In this document: positions 52,017 to 61,434 of the stretch, piece after piece
Layout of the letters: each line of letters begins with the position of its first letter
Position numbering within the stretch: the stretch's first letter is position 1
From: Candidatus Thalassarchaeaceae archaeon
Lineage (GTDB): Archaea; Thermoplasmatota; Poseidoniia; Poseidoniales; Thalassarchaeaceae
Assembly (NCBI GenBank): GCA_023700255.1
Contig: JAJPRD010000003.1
Span: forward strand, 41,779 to 105,778
DNA length: 64,000 bases
Direction: 5' to 3'
Position numbers and translations under genes: made by a program
The notes under the pieces: generated by a model
What the model was told of the DNA's origin: nothing
The model's database searches: none
The model's input: the letters and a program-made list of their open reading frames with translations, nothing else

Positions 52017-53771
52017 TTAGAGAACTGGATCGGGTATTGCTTTGCCTAGTGCATCGACATTAAATTCTCCTGCTTGGATAGGTGCACGGAGACCGAATTG
52101 AAAGGATACATTTGGATCTATTTCTCCAATCTGTCCCAGTTCTAAACCATTCAACATGATTTTTGCCCCTCTACCTTTAATCCAAGGGCCTTCTTTCTCA
52201 CTAATCGATATCCATTTCACTTCTGTCAAGTCTGCTCCAAGATCCCTTAGCAATGAACTGGCGATTCCTTTAGCCGCTGAAAATCCACCACCCACCTCAG
52301 CACAGGCCCATGCTACGCGACTTGCATTCCTTGAGTCCCTTACTACAGTTCCTAATTCATGCACTTTTTGTGGTAATTCATGATGACGATTAGCTGATAG
52401 TAGGTTTAGCAAAGATGGAAGTATATACTGTCTTAGCATAGTATGGTCTTGAGTAATAGGATTAGAAATAATTGTGCTTTTACCAACTTCTTGCCAACGT
52501 AATTTTTCAAACTGGTCCCGATTATTAGACAATGTCAAACTTTGAGTTTCCTGTAAACCCAGTGCGCAGAGACTTGCACTAATTCTCCTACGTAAGTTTG
52601 ACGAAGGTAATGGGATAGCATCTAAATGGACCGTTGATAATTGTTCAGGTAGGTTATCATAACCATAACCTATAGCGATATCTTCCACCAAGTCTACTGG
52701 ATGCATGATATCATTTCTCCACCTTGGCATTGCGATGATATGCTCTTTTTCACCAACTACACAATCCGCCCATTTTTCGGCTTTGTCTGGCCCATCTGTC
52801 ACTGTTCTTGATTCAATCAACTTGCCGCCCATTTTTTTAATCGCTGTTGCGATTTCAGATTTCTCCAGTTCAATGCCCAGAATTTTTGATATCAACTTAT
52901 CAGGGACCTTGTGGATTTTAGAATCTCCTCTTGGTACGTTAGAAATACCTCCATCCCAATTTTTAATTTGTATAGATTCTACAACTCCTCCTCTCTCAGC
53001 AAGAGATAAGCAAATTAATAGTAAACATGCTTCACATGATCTTTCGTCCCAACCTGTCACATCTATGAAAAAATCAGTTGTATTTTCTGTGACAGTTGTA
53101 TGATCTCCATTAATAATTGGAGGGAACGACAATACTTTGTCGTTAGAATCAATTATAACTGGATATTTATCCATACCTTCCATTAAACTAGCATATTCTT
53201 TTCCTTTTGGATGTGATTTTAAGATATCTTCAATAGTCATTTCTTCTTTCTCTGCTAATGGTATAAATACGTGATTTTTATCTACACCGATTACATTGAA
53301 TGGAGGTTTTAATTTTGATAGATCATGCACTCCAATTGATGCAAACTTTCTTTTTCTACCTAGAGTCATATGTAATTTTTCTTGATGTTCCATTAATGAC
53401 TGAATAAATTCATCTCTTTGTTCAGGATTAGTTCCATTATCTACCCCTCTCACAACTGCTCCTAATATTACTGGACGAATTTTTTCAATAGCAGGATCTA
53501 CCGATAAACTCAATTCTCCTTGTATTATTTTGAAATCAGGCGAATATTCTGCAGAGTTGAGAAAGGCTCTAGCGGCCCTAGAAATTGTTTCATGGCTTAG
53601 TAAATCAGTTCTATCAGGAAATATTTCTATTTCTATCCCTAAATCGTCATTTCCCTCAACTACGCAACCTATAGATGGCATTTTTTCAACCCATTCTTCA
53701 GGATTATATTTTATTCCATTTTTATCTTGTATAAATCGCAATATGCTATGGTTGAATTTTAGAGTTGGCAT
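52017..53771 (-). CDS. pheT: Phenylalanine--tRNA ligase beta subunit, archaeal type
   Basis: 584 aa with an 'MPTLKF' N-terminus. A B3_4-like block reads '[10 protein letters not shown]...[22 protein letters not shown]', and a B5 block reads '[22 protein letters not shown]'. The match '[18 protein letters not shown]' is also present. Confidence 0.88.
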   Translation of the reverse strand: MPTLKFNHSILRFIQDKNGIKYNPEEWVEKMPSIGCVVEGNDDLGIEIEIFPDRTDLLSHETISRAARAFLNSAEYSPDFKIIQGELSLSVDPAIEKIRPVILGAVVRGVDNGTNPEQRDEFIQSLMEHQEKLHMTLGRKRKFASIGVHDLSKLKPPFNVIGVDKNHVFIPLAEKEEMTIEDILKSHPKGKEYASLMEGMDKYPVIIDSNDKVLSFPPIINGDHTTVTENTTDFFIDVTGWDERSCEACLLLICLSLAERGGVVESIQIKNWDGGISNVPRGDSKIHKVPDKLISKILGIELEKSEIATAIKKMGGKLIESRTVTDGPDKAEKWADCVVGEKEHIIAMPRWRNDIMHPVDLVEDIAIGYGYDNLPEQLSTVHLDAIPLPSSNLRRRISASLCALGLQETQSLTLSNNRDQFEKLRWQEVGKSTIISNPITQDHTMLRQYILPSLLNLLSANRHHELPQKVHELGTVVRDSRNASRVAWACAEVGGGFSAAKGIASSLLRDLGADLTEVKWISISEKEGPWIKGRGAKIMLNGLELGQIGEIDPNVSFQFGLRAPIQAGEFNVDALGKAIPDPVL

Positions 53772-53780
53772 GATAATTCC

Positions 53781-55322
53781 TCAATTCCCTAGCCACATAG
53801 GTAGTGGGCGTTCATAGCCAATTAATCTTAATCCAGATACTGCTGCTGTATCATAGTCAATTGCTCTCAGATTTCTTCTAGTGATTTCTTCTATACTTTC
53901 AATACCTAAATCAATCATCCATCCTTTTAGAGTTGAATCCAACCAAACTAAATTTTCCTCTAATGACTCATCCGTTTCTGGTGCTACAATTATCGAACAA
54001 CCTGCTCCTCTAGCTATGATGAAGTCTTCTGCACTTGGTGATTCATCTAATTCAATCATCAGATGTCTTCCTTGCTCGTTTAAGTTCATTGCTCTAGCAG
54101 CTAGACCTATTTTTGGTAATGCCGCTGCAGCTCTACTTCCTCCAGAACTTGCAGCATCTATTATTGCGCCATCTAAATTTAGTTCTACTATCAATCGGAA
54201 TAAGTTATCCACTCTATCTACTCTATCCTTTAACATGACTAATGATTTCGCTTGAATTTTACTTGTTAATGATACTAATAATGCATCTATTTCAGCGTCA
54301 TTTAAATCAGGAAGTTCATCTAGGTTAAGGACAATACCTGAGCATTGCGATAAGTATTTCGAGCAATCAACTATATTTTCTTCATTTATCAATAATAAAT
54401 CTATATTTCTTGGGTTAGATTCGACTATACACGGTTGTTTGGAAAGCATGTGTGAGTCATCATTCTCCGAATGTTCTCTTTCGATTAACCATGGTATGGG
54501 GAATAAAAGTCCATTTTCATCATCACCAATTGGATTAATTAGGGTGAAATTATCAAGAGGGCTGTGTTTGGATAGTTTCTTGTTTGAAGAAGAAACTATT
54601 GATATTTTTTCAAATCCTTCAATTATACTCTTTTCTGGCAACTCTAAAATATTTTGCGGATTCTCTGATGAAAATATTACTAATGCATCTTTATTTATAG
54701 ACAAACCTAGTGGTTCAAGAAGTTCCGATATCTCTAATATTTCGTCCGACTTTATGTTTCTCATATCTGCCCCATGGCCAGGTGGGGGACAATTTCCAGC
54801 TACGATTAGTTTCCCTCCAGTCATACCAACTCCTGGATCTTTTCCCACGGAGCCTAATACAATTATTGAACCGCCTGACATTCCAGCACCTGTTCTTTCA
54901 CCAGCATGACCTCTGACTAGTATAGTACCACCTTTCATTGACTCACCCGCATTATTAGAAACTGAGCCCTGGACACTGATCTGTCCTCCATTCATATGAG
55001 AGCCAATTTTACCCCCTGCATCCTTTTCAATTATTAATAATCCATCTTTTTGAAAAGCCCCAGCCATACTAGAGCAATTACCCTGAATAGTTAGGTTTCC
55101 TCCTTGATTCATTGCACCAGCACATTCTCCTAAATTACCTAATAGTAGTACCCTTGATTTTTTGGGAAGATGAGTGATTACTCCAATCTCCCCCTCCTTT
55201 GGTTTCTCATCTCCTCCTCTGCCCCAACCTATTCTTACTAGTAGGTCTCGGTCTAGAGCTTCTGAGAGCATTTTCTCTAGGTCACGATTCAATTTTATAC
55301 TCTTAGTAGTGACCTCGCGCAT
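53781..55322 (-). CDS. Glutamate-synthase-related protein: GXGXG domain fused to a divergent GltS-FMN-like C-terminal region
   Basis: The N-terminal approximately 190 aa carry repeated GXGXG turns ('GNLGECAGAMNQGGNLTIQGN', 'GSHMNGGQISVQGS', 'GESMKGGTILVRGHAGERTGAGMSGGSIIVLGSVG', 'GVGMTGGKLIVAG'). The C-terminus 'IIDAASSGGSRAAAALPKIGL' and 'LKGWMIDLGIESIEEITRRNL' resembles GltS domain 2, but the GGTGA block is degraded. Confidence 0.55.
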   Translation of the reverse strand: MREVTTKSIKLNRDLEKMLSEALDRDLLVRIGWGRGGDEKPKEGEIGVITHLPKKSRVLLLGNLGECAGAMNQGGNLTIQGNCSSMAGAFQKDGLLIIEKDAGGKIGSHMNGGQISVQGSVSNNAGESMKGGTILVRGHAGERTGAGMSGGSIIVLGSVGKDPGVGMTGGKLIVAGNCPPPGHGADMRNIKSDEILEISELLEPLGLSINKDALVIFSSENPQNILELPEKSIIEGFEKISIVSSSNKKLSKHSPLDNFTLINPIGDDENGLLFPIPWLIEREHSENDDSHMLSKQPCIVESNPRNIDLLLINEENIVDCSKYLSQCSGIVLNLDELPDLNDAEIDALLVSLTSKIQAKSLVMLKDRVDRVDNLFRLIVELNLDGAIIDAASSGGSRAAAALPKIGLAARAMNLNEQGRHLMIELDESPSAEDFIIARGAGCSIIVAPETDESLEENLVWLDSTLKGWMIDLGIESIEEITRRNLRAIDYDTAAVSGLRLIGYERPLPMWLGN

Positions 55323-55353
55323 ACAACTCCCATGACTCTGACAGAGTATTCGG

Positions 55354-55417
55354 TCTTGATTCTGACGGCTCGAGGGTTAATTCATCTATACTTCCAAGTC
55401 TAAACTATCTTGATTCT
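55354..55417. promoter_or_regulatory. Two copies of TCTTGATTCT 54 bp apart in the divergent promoter region upstream of gap
   Basis: Read directly: perfect 10-mers at 55354-55363 and 55408-55417. A TATA-like GGTATATTGA follows at about 55425-55434. Confidence 0.3.
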
Positions 55418-55486
55418 AAAAAAGGGTATATTGATAGAGTTTCTACCCGGGCATGGTAAACAACCTACGGGTAAGTGTGTGAGAAT

Positions 55487-56527
55487 ATGGTAACTATCAA
55501 AGTCGCAATAAATGGTTTCGGTACAATAGGTAAGCGTGTAGCGGATGCAATTGATGCACAGAAAGATATGAGTGTAGTTGGGGTTACTAAGACTGGCCCT
55601 TCCTTTGGATGTGGGCTAGCAGTTAAGAGAGGATTTCCTCTATATTGTACTTTTGACGATGAAGAAAAAATTTCTTCATTTGCAGAACGTGGTTATGATT
55701 GTAAAGGAGGTCTATCTGATTTGTTATCAATTGCAGATATTGTTATTGATTGTTCACCAGGGAAAATGGGTGCTGAAAATCTTGCAAAATATAAGTCAGC
55801 AGGGGTCAAATATATGTTTCAAGGCGGCGAAAAGCATTCTCTAACAGGCCTTTCATACACCTCTTGCGCTAATCATGCTGAAAATTTCAATGCTCAAGGA
55901 ACGCGTGTTGTTTCATGTAATACTACTGGACTTTCAAGGACATTAGTCCCTCTTTTTGATTTTTGTGGGTCTCTCAAAGTTGAATGCACTATGATCCGAA
56001 GAGCAGCGGATCCAGGTGATTCTCATAAAGGGCCAATTAATGCTATAAAACCAGTCCTCCAAGTCCCTAGCCATCATGGTCCTGATGTAATGTCTGTCAA
56101 ACCAGAGATTCAGATTAATTCCATGGCTGTTGCAGTGCCAACTACACTAATGCATGTCCATGCAATTATTGCTGATTTACCCGTAGGGCATGGGTTATCT
56201 ACTGAGATGATAATTGATATGTGGAAAAATTCTCCAAGGATTATTGTCATGAATGGAAAAAATGATCGAATACCGACTACTGCTGAAGTTATGGAAATGG
56301 CTAGAGATATAGGTAGGAAATGGGGTGATTTACATGAAATATTTGTATGGGAGGATGGTGTGAAATTAGTTGATGACCGACTTTATTATTTCCAAGCAAT
56401 TCATCAAGAGAGCGATGTTATCCCAGAAAATGTAGATTGTGTAAGAGCTTTGATGGGTACCGAAAAAGACTGGAGAGTAAGTGTATCCAATACTGACCAA
56501 GCAATATCTAACTATTACGGTCTTTAA
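55487..56527 (+). CDS. gap: Glyceraldehyde-3-phosphate dehydrogenase, archaeal type II
   Basis: 'KVAINGFGTIGKRVADAI' is the Rossmann motif, the catalytic Cys sits in 'VVSCNTTGL', and 'VPSHHGPDV' is also present. I chose the ATG at 55487 over the GTG at 55475. Confidence 0.92.
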   Translation: MVTIKVAINGFGTIGKRVADAIDAQKDMSVVGVTKTGPSFGCGLAVKRGFPLYCTFDDEEKISSFAERGYDCKGGLSDLLSIADIVIDCSPGKMGAENLAKYKSAGVKYMFQGGEKHSLTGLSYTSCANHAENFNAQGTRVVSCNTTGLSRTLVPLFDFCGSLKVECTMIRRAADPGDSHKGPINAIKPVLQVPSHHGPDVMSVKPEIQINSMAVAVPTTLMHVHAIIADLPVGHGLSTEMIIDMWKNSPRIIVMNGKNDRIPTTAEVMEMARDIGRKWGDLHEIFVWEDGVKLVDDRLYYFQAIHQESDVIPENVDCVRALMGTEKDWRVSVSNTDQAISNYYGL

Positions 56528-56551
56528 TTTAGGATATTAGGATTTAAATGG

Positions 56552-56569
56552 TTTAATATAGTTATATTT
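56552..56569 (+). promoter_or_regulatory. TATA-like TTTAATATA / TTATATTT upstream of the S8 megaprotease gene
   Basis: The position implies a transcription start near 56580-56595. That favours the ATG at 56624 (signal peptide) over the ATG at 56579. Guess from spacing only. Confidence 0.3.
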
Positions 56570-56623
56570 GGCGAGTCAATGAATCTTAACGGTCAAAAGG
56601 GTTTCATGCGTCGGACATACGAT

Positions 56624-59600
56624 ATGAAAACCATCAGACATGTCTTTCCGATATTGTTTATCCTTATCTTATCCTCATGGTCCAGTGTAGTCGTTGCTCT
56701 AAATTCTCCTTCTGATGATTCAACTTTTTCTCTTTCTGAGGATTCTTCTATCCCTGAATGGGGTCAGTTATCTGTTGGTGTTGAATCGGTTTATGAAGTT
56801 AGAAATTTCTCAGGCATAATACATTCTCCATTTGGTGATTTTGATCCTTTAACTGACGTTATCCCTCTTGGTCCTGAGAACTTATATGATTCATTTGCTA
56901 TACACCGTACTGGTTTAGCCATAATTCAATCAAAAAGTGTAGATCAGACAGGTTTAATGGAATTGCTAAATTTATATGATATTCCAATTTTAGATGTGAT
57001 TCCTGATTCTGCACTAATAATAAGGTTGCCAGTTGATGAAATTTTAGAATCTAAGGAATTATTAGAAAAATCTGAGCATGTACGTTGGATCGGTGAGTTA
57101 CCAATTGCCTGGCGAGTTTCTTTGAATTTAGTCAGCCTTTCGGGTAGAGGTGGAATTATTGTTGATTTAGATTTAACACCTGCATCTGATATTAATCATA
57201 ATGAATTAATTGAGTTAGAGGAAGATCTCAGATATTTATCGGAAAGTTCAGTTTCGAGGGATATTTGTGATGCTCATTTATGTCAAGTTAGGGGTATAGA
57301 TGCTTCTTGGATACCTGTTTTAGCAATGGATGGACGTATTCTAAGTATTAATCCTTCATCTGTAATTACAATTCATAATGATAATGCGAAGCAATTAATT
57401 GGGGCAAATCAGGCTTTTAACTTGTCAAATTTTGTTCTAAATGGGAGTGGGGAAATATTGGCGATTTCAGATACTGGTATAGATGATGATCATGGGGATT
57501 TCAATGGTCGCATAAGGGCTATCTATAATCAGTTTGGTCCTGATAATTCTCATCAAGATCGTAACAGTGGACATGGTACACATGTTACTTCTACTTTACT
57601 TGGAGATGGAACTGGTGATTCGTTTACAGAGGGTATAGTTCCTGCTGCAACGTTTCACTTTTACCAACTCGAGGCCGATAGCTCGGGCATCTTAGCTCGA
57701 TGGGGTTCTCTTTACGAAATGTTCACTCATTCTTATCAGCAAAATGCTAGAATTCAAACTAATAGTTGGGGTAATGTAAATCTTGTTGGTGAGTATAGTT
57801 CTGATTCAAGGTCTGCAGATGCTTATATGGTCAGTCAACCGAGTTTTCTAGTATTATTTTCAGCAGGTGATTTAGGTGAGAATGGATATGAAAGTATAAC
57901 GCCACCGGGGACTGCAAAAAATGTGTTAACGATTGGCTCTTCAACCACTGGGTCATATGGTAGTCCTGAATCAGGAGCTGTATCCTCAACCTCTTCTAAG
58001 GGTACCACTCTCGATGGTCGCATCAAACCGGATCTTGTTGCACCTGGTGTGATGATATGCTCTGCTCGAGCGAATGAAGCACAGTTTACTGATGGTGAAA
58101 GTTGCTCTTCATCAACACATAGTGATACCGGGAATCCTCTGTATATGACTCTCAATGGTTCATCAATGTCTACTGCTGTAGCAGCAGGAGCTGCTACTAT
58201 GGTACGCCAGTATCTCCGTGAAAACGAATCAATAGCGGAACCAGGTTCAGATCTTATACGTGCTCTCTTGATCAATGGGGCAGATGATCTAGGCAATCCT
58301 GATATCCCGAACAAAATGGAGGGGTGGGGCCAAATTAATGTATCAAATAGTATATTCCCATCGTCTTCTAATAATGATTTAGACTTGCTATATGATACTT
58401 CTAGGGAATTAAGGCCCGGGCATTCATTTGTATATACTATTGAATCAGATACAAATTCTAAATTTGACCTCACGCTTGTCTGGAATGACCGAGAAGGTTC
58501 AGCAGTTGCGAATCAATCATCTCCTAAGTTAGTAAATGATCTTGATCTTATAGTCACGTCTCCCAGTGGTGAAATTTATTATGGCAATAATTTCATAAAT
58601 GGTTTTAGTGCAATAGGTGGTGTAAAAGATAACTTAAACAATGTTGAAAGGGTAAGGCTTGACTTACCTGAAATAGGGACTTGGTCAGTCGAAGTCGGTC
58701 ATTCAGGGGGGTTTCTACAAGATTATGTCTTGGTGCTAACTGGAGATTTGACTGAAACAGTTTTACCTGATCTAACTGTAGTTCCTAATTCTCTAACTAC
58801 TTCTGTCGAGAGTCCACTGCAAGGTGATACTTTTTTGATAGAAACTAAATGGAAGAATCAAGCATCTGGGTCTACTGGTAGTTATTCGATATTAATCGAG
58901 GATTTAACTGATAATTCAGTTATATTCAGCGAAACTAGAACCTCACTTTCTGGAGGTTCTGAAGCATCTAAGTCATATCCCCATTCATTTTCTACTACTG
59001 GGATACACACGATCAAACTAACTTTAGATTCTAATTCTGAAGTGATAGAATTAAATGATGATTTAACAGGTGTCAATAATAATATTATTGAAATCGATGT
59101 CTATGTTTCTCAAGTAGGAGTTCGGCTAACTCCTCTACTAGAGGATGGTTCATTCCCCTCAAATCCATCTCAGATTGACCAATCAAAAGTAAGATACTTA
59201 GACCCAAGTATTTCCAGTTCAGTTATTTTCCAACTTGAATTAAGAAATGAGGGTACTTCTGAGATTACTGTTGATATATCCGCTTCTCCAGTGCAATTAT
59301 CAGAAGCAGGAGGTATCCTCATGTCTCCTAGTGATGAATGGTGGAAATTATTCAATGAATCAGGTCCATGGACACTTTCACCATCAGGAGATTTAGGTGA
59401 TAGTGTATTAGTTTCTTTAGAGTTCTCAGATGTAGATGCAGATGTTGATAATGATATTTATGCACTACCTGGTTCTTTTGTTTCTCAAATTACATTATGG
59501 GATAAAAACGCACCTACTGTATTCCATTCATTGCAATTAAAGACTGTAGTGGAACGAGTAGAGGGTCTGGTGACAGTAATTGCTGGTGCTGAAGAATTAG

Positions 59601-61393
59601 GTGCTACACCAGGCAATTTTGCACAATTTTCACTTTCCATTCTAAATACAGGTAATGGCCCTACTCAATATACAATTTCTTGTGAAACTGAAAATCGTTG
59701 GATTATAAAAGTAGGTGAAAGTGGCACATCAGTTCTTAATTTGGAACCTCTTTCAAGACTTCAATTTCTTCCAGTCACCATAAGGGTAAGGGTTCCTAAC
59801 GATATTCTTGGATTCCCTACTTCAGGGACAATTGAAGGTGTCAGTTGTACAACTCAATCCGTCAATGATCTTAGTTTATTCTCAATAGATGAAGCCTCTT
59901 TAGAAGTATTTGAAAGTCGAGATTTCACCACTGAGATTTTTTCTCAGAATGATCAATCTCTTGGACCTCTGGGTCTTGCAGAGAATAGGGCTGTGTTAAA
60001 CGGTGACTTAGTAACTACTAAATTAGTGATTACCAATGAAGGAAATGTTCCTTCACAGTATACTGTCAAGGTGCAGAATAGTTGGCAAACGCAATTAATT
60101 GAAGGTAATAATGAAGTGGTGAATGGTGATATTATTGTTAATGTGTTAGCTGGAAATAATTTAACAATCCTAATTAATTCCATTGTGCCTCTTTCATCTA
60201 GTATGGGTGACTCAAATACAATGACAATTCGAACAACTTTACAAAATGGGGAGACACTGATTAATGGTACTAAATTTGTTATTGAAGAATTTGCATCTCT
60301 TGATATAGAGAGCCCAGGTAGGATACTGGTGGCTCTAGGTAAATCGTCCATTGCTCCGATTAAATTACACAATGTGGGGAATGTTCCTCTGGATGTTTCT
60401 TTGACAATAGGGAGCCTTCCCAATGGGTGGTCCGGAGGTTTCCTTTCAGGTAATTCATTTGAAATGGATATGAATCGAGAGGCATTTATCTCAGTAGGTC
60501 TTGACTTACCTGGTGGTTTACCAGTAGGTGAATTAGATCAAACAGTATCAGTAATTATAGAGTTTACAACACCAGGAGGAGATGTCTATTTTCAGACTAT
60601 TGAATTAATCGTTGAGGTAAAGCCATCTATTTGGATAATTTTAGACTCTGAGAATATATTCATTGATGACGTTTCATCTGGAGAAAAAGCGATTTTTGAG
60701 GTAAATATCACTAATTCTGGAAATGTAATAACTGGGACGGATGTATATTTCAGTGATGTAAGTGGCTGGAGTATAGAATTAAGTGAATCATTTATGGAAG
60801 ACATATCGCCAGGTGAATCTAGGCTAGTGAAAGTTTATGTGAAGCCTCAATCTAATGCTGATTTTGGTCTTTCTAGTTTAGAAATTTCTGCTAATGCTAG
60901 TAGTTTCTCCCCATCTGACACAGAGGTTACTAACTCTAAATTAGTTTTACAGATGAGCAAGGAGAGGAGTACAAATTCAGGAGGGATTTCAGGACTTCTT
61001 GAATCTATAGGTTTACCATCATGGACTTTAGCGTTATTATTTTTGTTTTCTCTAGTTGGTGTGTCATTTTTAGGTATTCAAATGAGGAAAAATTCCCATA
61101 AATTAATGTCATCAGAAGAGGAATTAATACCAAAGGGTTCCGCACTACTTTCCGGAAGTTCTAACGAACGTCGTATGGCTGCATTAGACACCTCATTAGG
61201 ATCGGGGGATACTCTCGCAGGTGGTGTCAGTGAGGATGAGATTCAGGCTGCATTAGCGGCATCAGGGCCTGGTAAATTACAGATAACTCCCGATGGTGTA
61301 GCTCCATTGCCTTTGAGTGGTCTACCTGATGGTTGGACTATGGAACAATGGCAATCTTATGGGCACCTCTGGTGGGAACAGAACCAAGCTTAG
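56624..61393 (+). CDS. Giant type-I anchored subtilisin-like protease (S8) with P-domain-like and multiple CARDB/NEW3-like domains
   Basis: The signal peptide is 'MKTIRHVFPILFILILSSWSSVVVA'. The triad contexts are 'LAISDTGIDDDHGDF', 'SGHGTHVTSTLLG' and 'LNGSSMSTAVAAGAATMV'. A 'LVWNDREGS...LVNDLDLIVTSPSGEIYYGN' block follows. CARDB-like repeats include 'SLSILNTGNGPTQYTISCE', 'LVITNEGNVPSQYTVKV', 'IKLHNVGNVPLDVSLTIGSLPNGWSGG' and 'FEVNITNSGNVITGTDVYF'. The TM 'WTLALLFLFSLVGVSFLGI' precedes an approximately 100-aa tail. Confidence 0.85.
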   Translation: MKTIRHVFPILFILILSSWSSVVVALNSPSDDSTFSLSEDSSIPEWGQLSVGVESVYEVRNFSGIIHSPFGDFDPLTDVIPLGPENLYDSFAIHRTGLAIIQSKSVDQTGLMELLNLYDIPILDVIPDSALIIRLPVDEILESKELLEKSEHVRWIGELPIAWRVSLNLVSLSGRGGIIVDLDLTPASDINHNELIELEEDLRYLSESSVSRDICDAHLCQVRGIDASWIPVLAMDGRILSINPSSVITIHNDNAKQLIGANQAFNLSNFVLNGSGEILAISDTGIDDDHGDFNGRIRAIYNQFGPDNSHQDRNSGHGTHVTSTLLGDGTGDSFTEGIVPAATFHFYQLEADSSGILARWGSLYEMFTHSYQQNARIQTNSWGNVNLVGEYSSDSRSADAYMVSQPSFLVLFSAGDLGENGYESITPPGTAKNVLTIGSSTTGSYGSPESGAVSSTSSKGTTLDGRIKPDLVAPGVMICSARANEAQFTDGESCSSSTHSDTGNPLYMTLNGSSMSTAVAAGAATMVRQYLRENESIAEPGSDLIRALLINGADDLGNPDIPNKMEGWGQINVSNSIFPSSSNNDLDLLYDTSRELRPGHSFVYTIESDTNSKFDLTLVWNDREGSAVANQSSPKLVNDLDLIVTSPSGEIYYGNNFINGFSAIGGVKDNLNNVERVRLDLPEIGTWSVEVGHSGGFLQDYVLVLTGDLTETVLPDLTVVPNSLTTSVESPLQGDTFLIETKWKNQASGSTGSYSILIEDLTDNSVIFSETRTSLSGGSEASKSYPHSFSTTGIHTIKLTLDSNSEVIELNDDLTGVNNNIIEIDVYVSQVGVRLTPLLEDGSFPSNPSQIDQSKVRYLDPSISSSVIFQLELRNEGTSEITVDISASPVQLSEAGGILMSPSDEWWKLFNESGPWTLSPSGDLGDSVLVSLEFSDVDADVDNDIYALPGSFVSQITLWDKNAPTVFHSLQLKTVVERVEGLVTVIAGAEELGATPGNFAQFSLSILNTGNGPTQYTISCETENRWIIKVGESGTSVLNLEPLSRLQFLPVTIRVRVPNDILGFPTSGTIEGVSCTTQSVNDLSLFSIDEASLEVFESRDFTTEIFSQNDQSLGPLGLAENRAVLNGDLVTTKLVITNEGNVPSQYTVKVQNSWQTQLIEGNNEVVNGDIIVNVLAGNNLTILINSIVPLSSSMGDSNTMTIRTTLQNGETLINGTKFVIEEFASLDIESPGRILVALGKSSIAPIKLHNVGNVPLDVSLTIGSLPNGWSGGFLSGNSFEMDMNREAFISVGLDLPGGLPVGELDQTVSVIIEFTTPGGDVYFQTIELIVEVKPSIWIILDSENIFIDDVSSGEKAIFEVNITNSGNVITGTDVYFSDVSGWSIELSESFMEDISPGESRLVKVYVKPQSNADFGLSSLEISANASSFSPSDTEVTNSKLVLQMSKERSTNSGGISGLLESIGLPSWTLALLFLFSLVGVSFLGIQMRKNSHKLMSSEEELIPKGSALLSGSSNERRMAALDTSLGSGDTLAGGVSEDEIQAALAASGPGKLQITPDGVAPLPLSGLPDGWTMEQWQSYGHLWWEQNQA

Positions 61394-61434
61394 TTAGGGT
61401 TTGACTTATCACTATGGGCTTTCCGCATTGGTGT

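Noticed and set aside
57835-58473. A 212-aa minus-strand ORF, the longest antisense ORF in the window.
   Set aside because: It lies exactly opposite the S8 catalytic domain, which contains the His and Ser motifs on the plus strand. It is explained by locally higher GC and the absence of stops, and it has no independent evidence.
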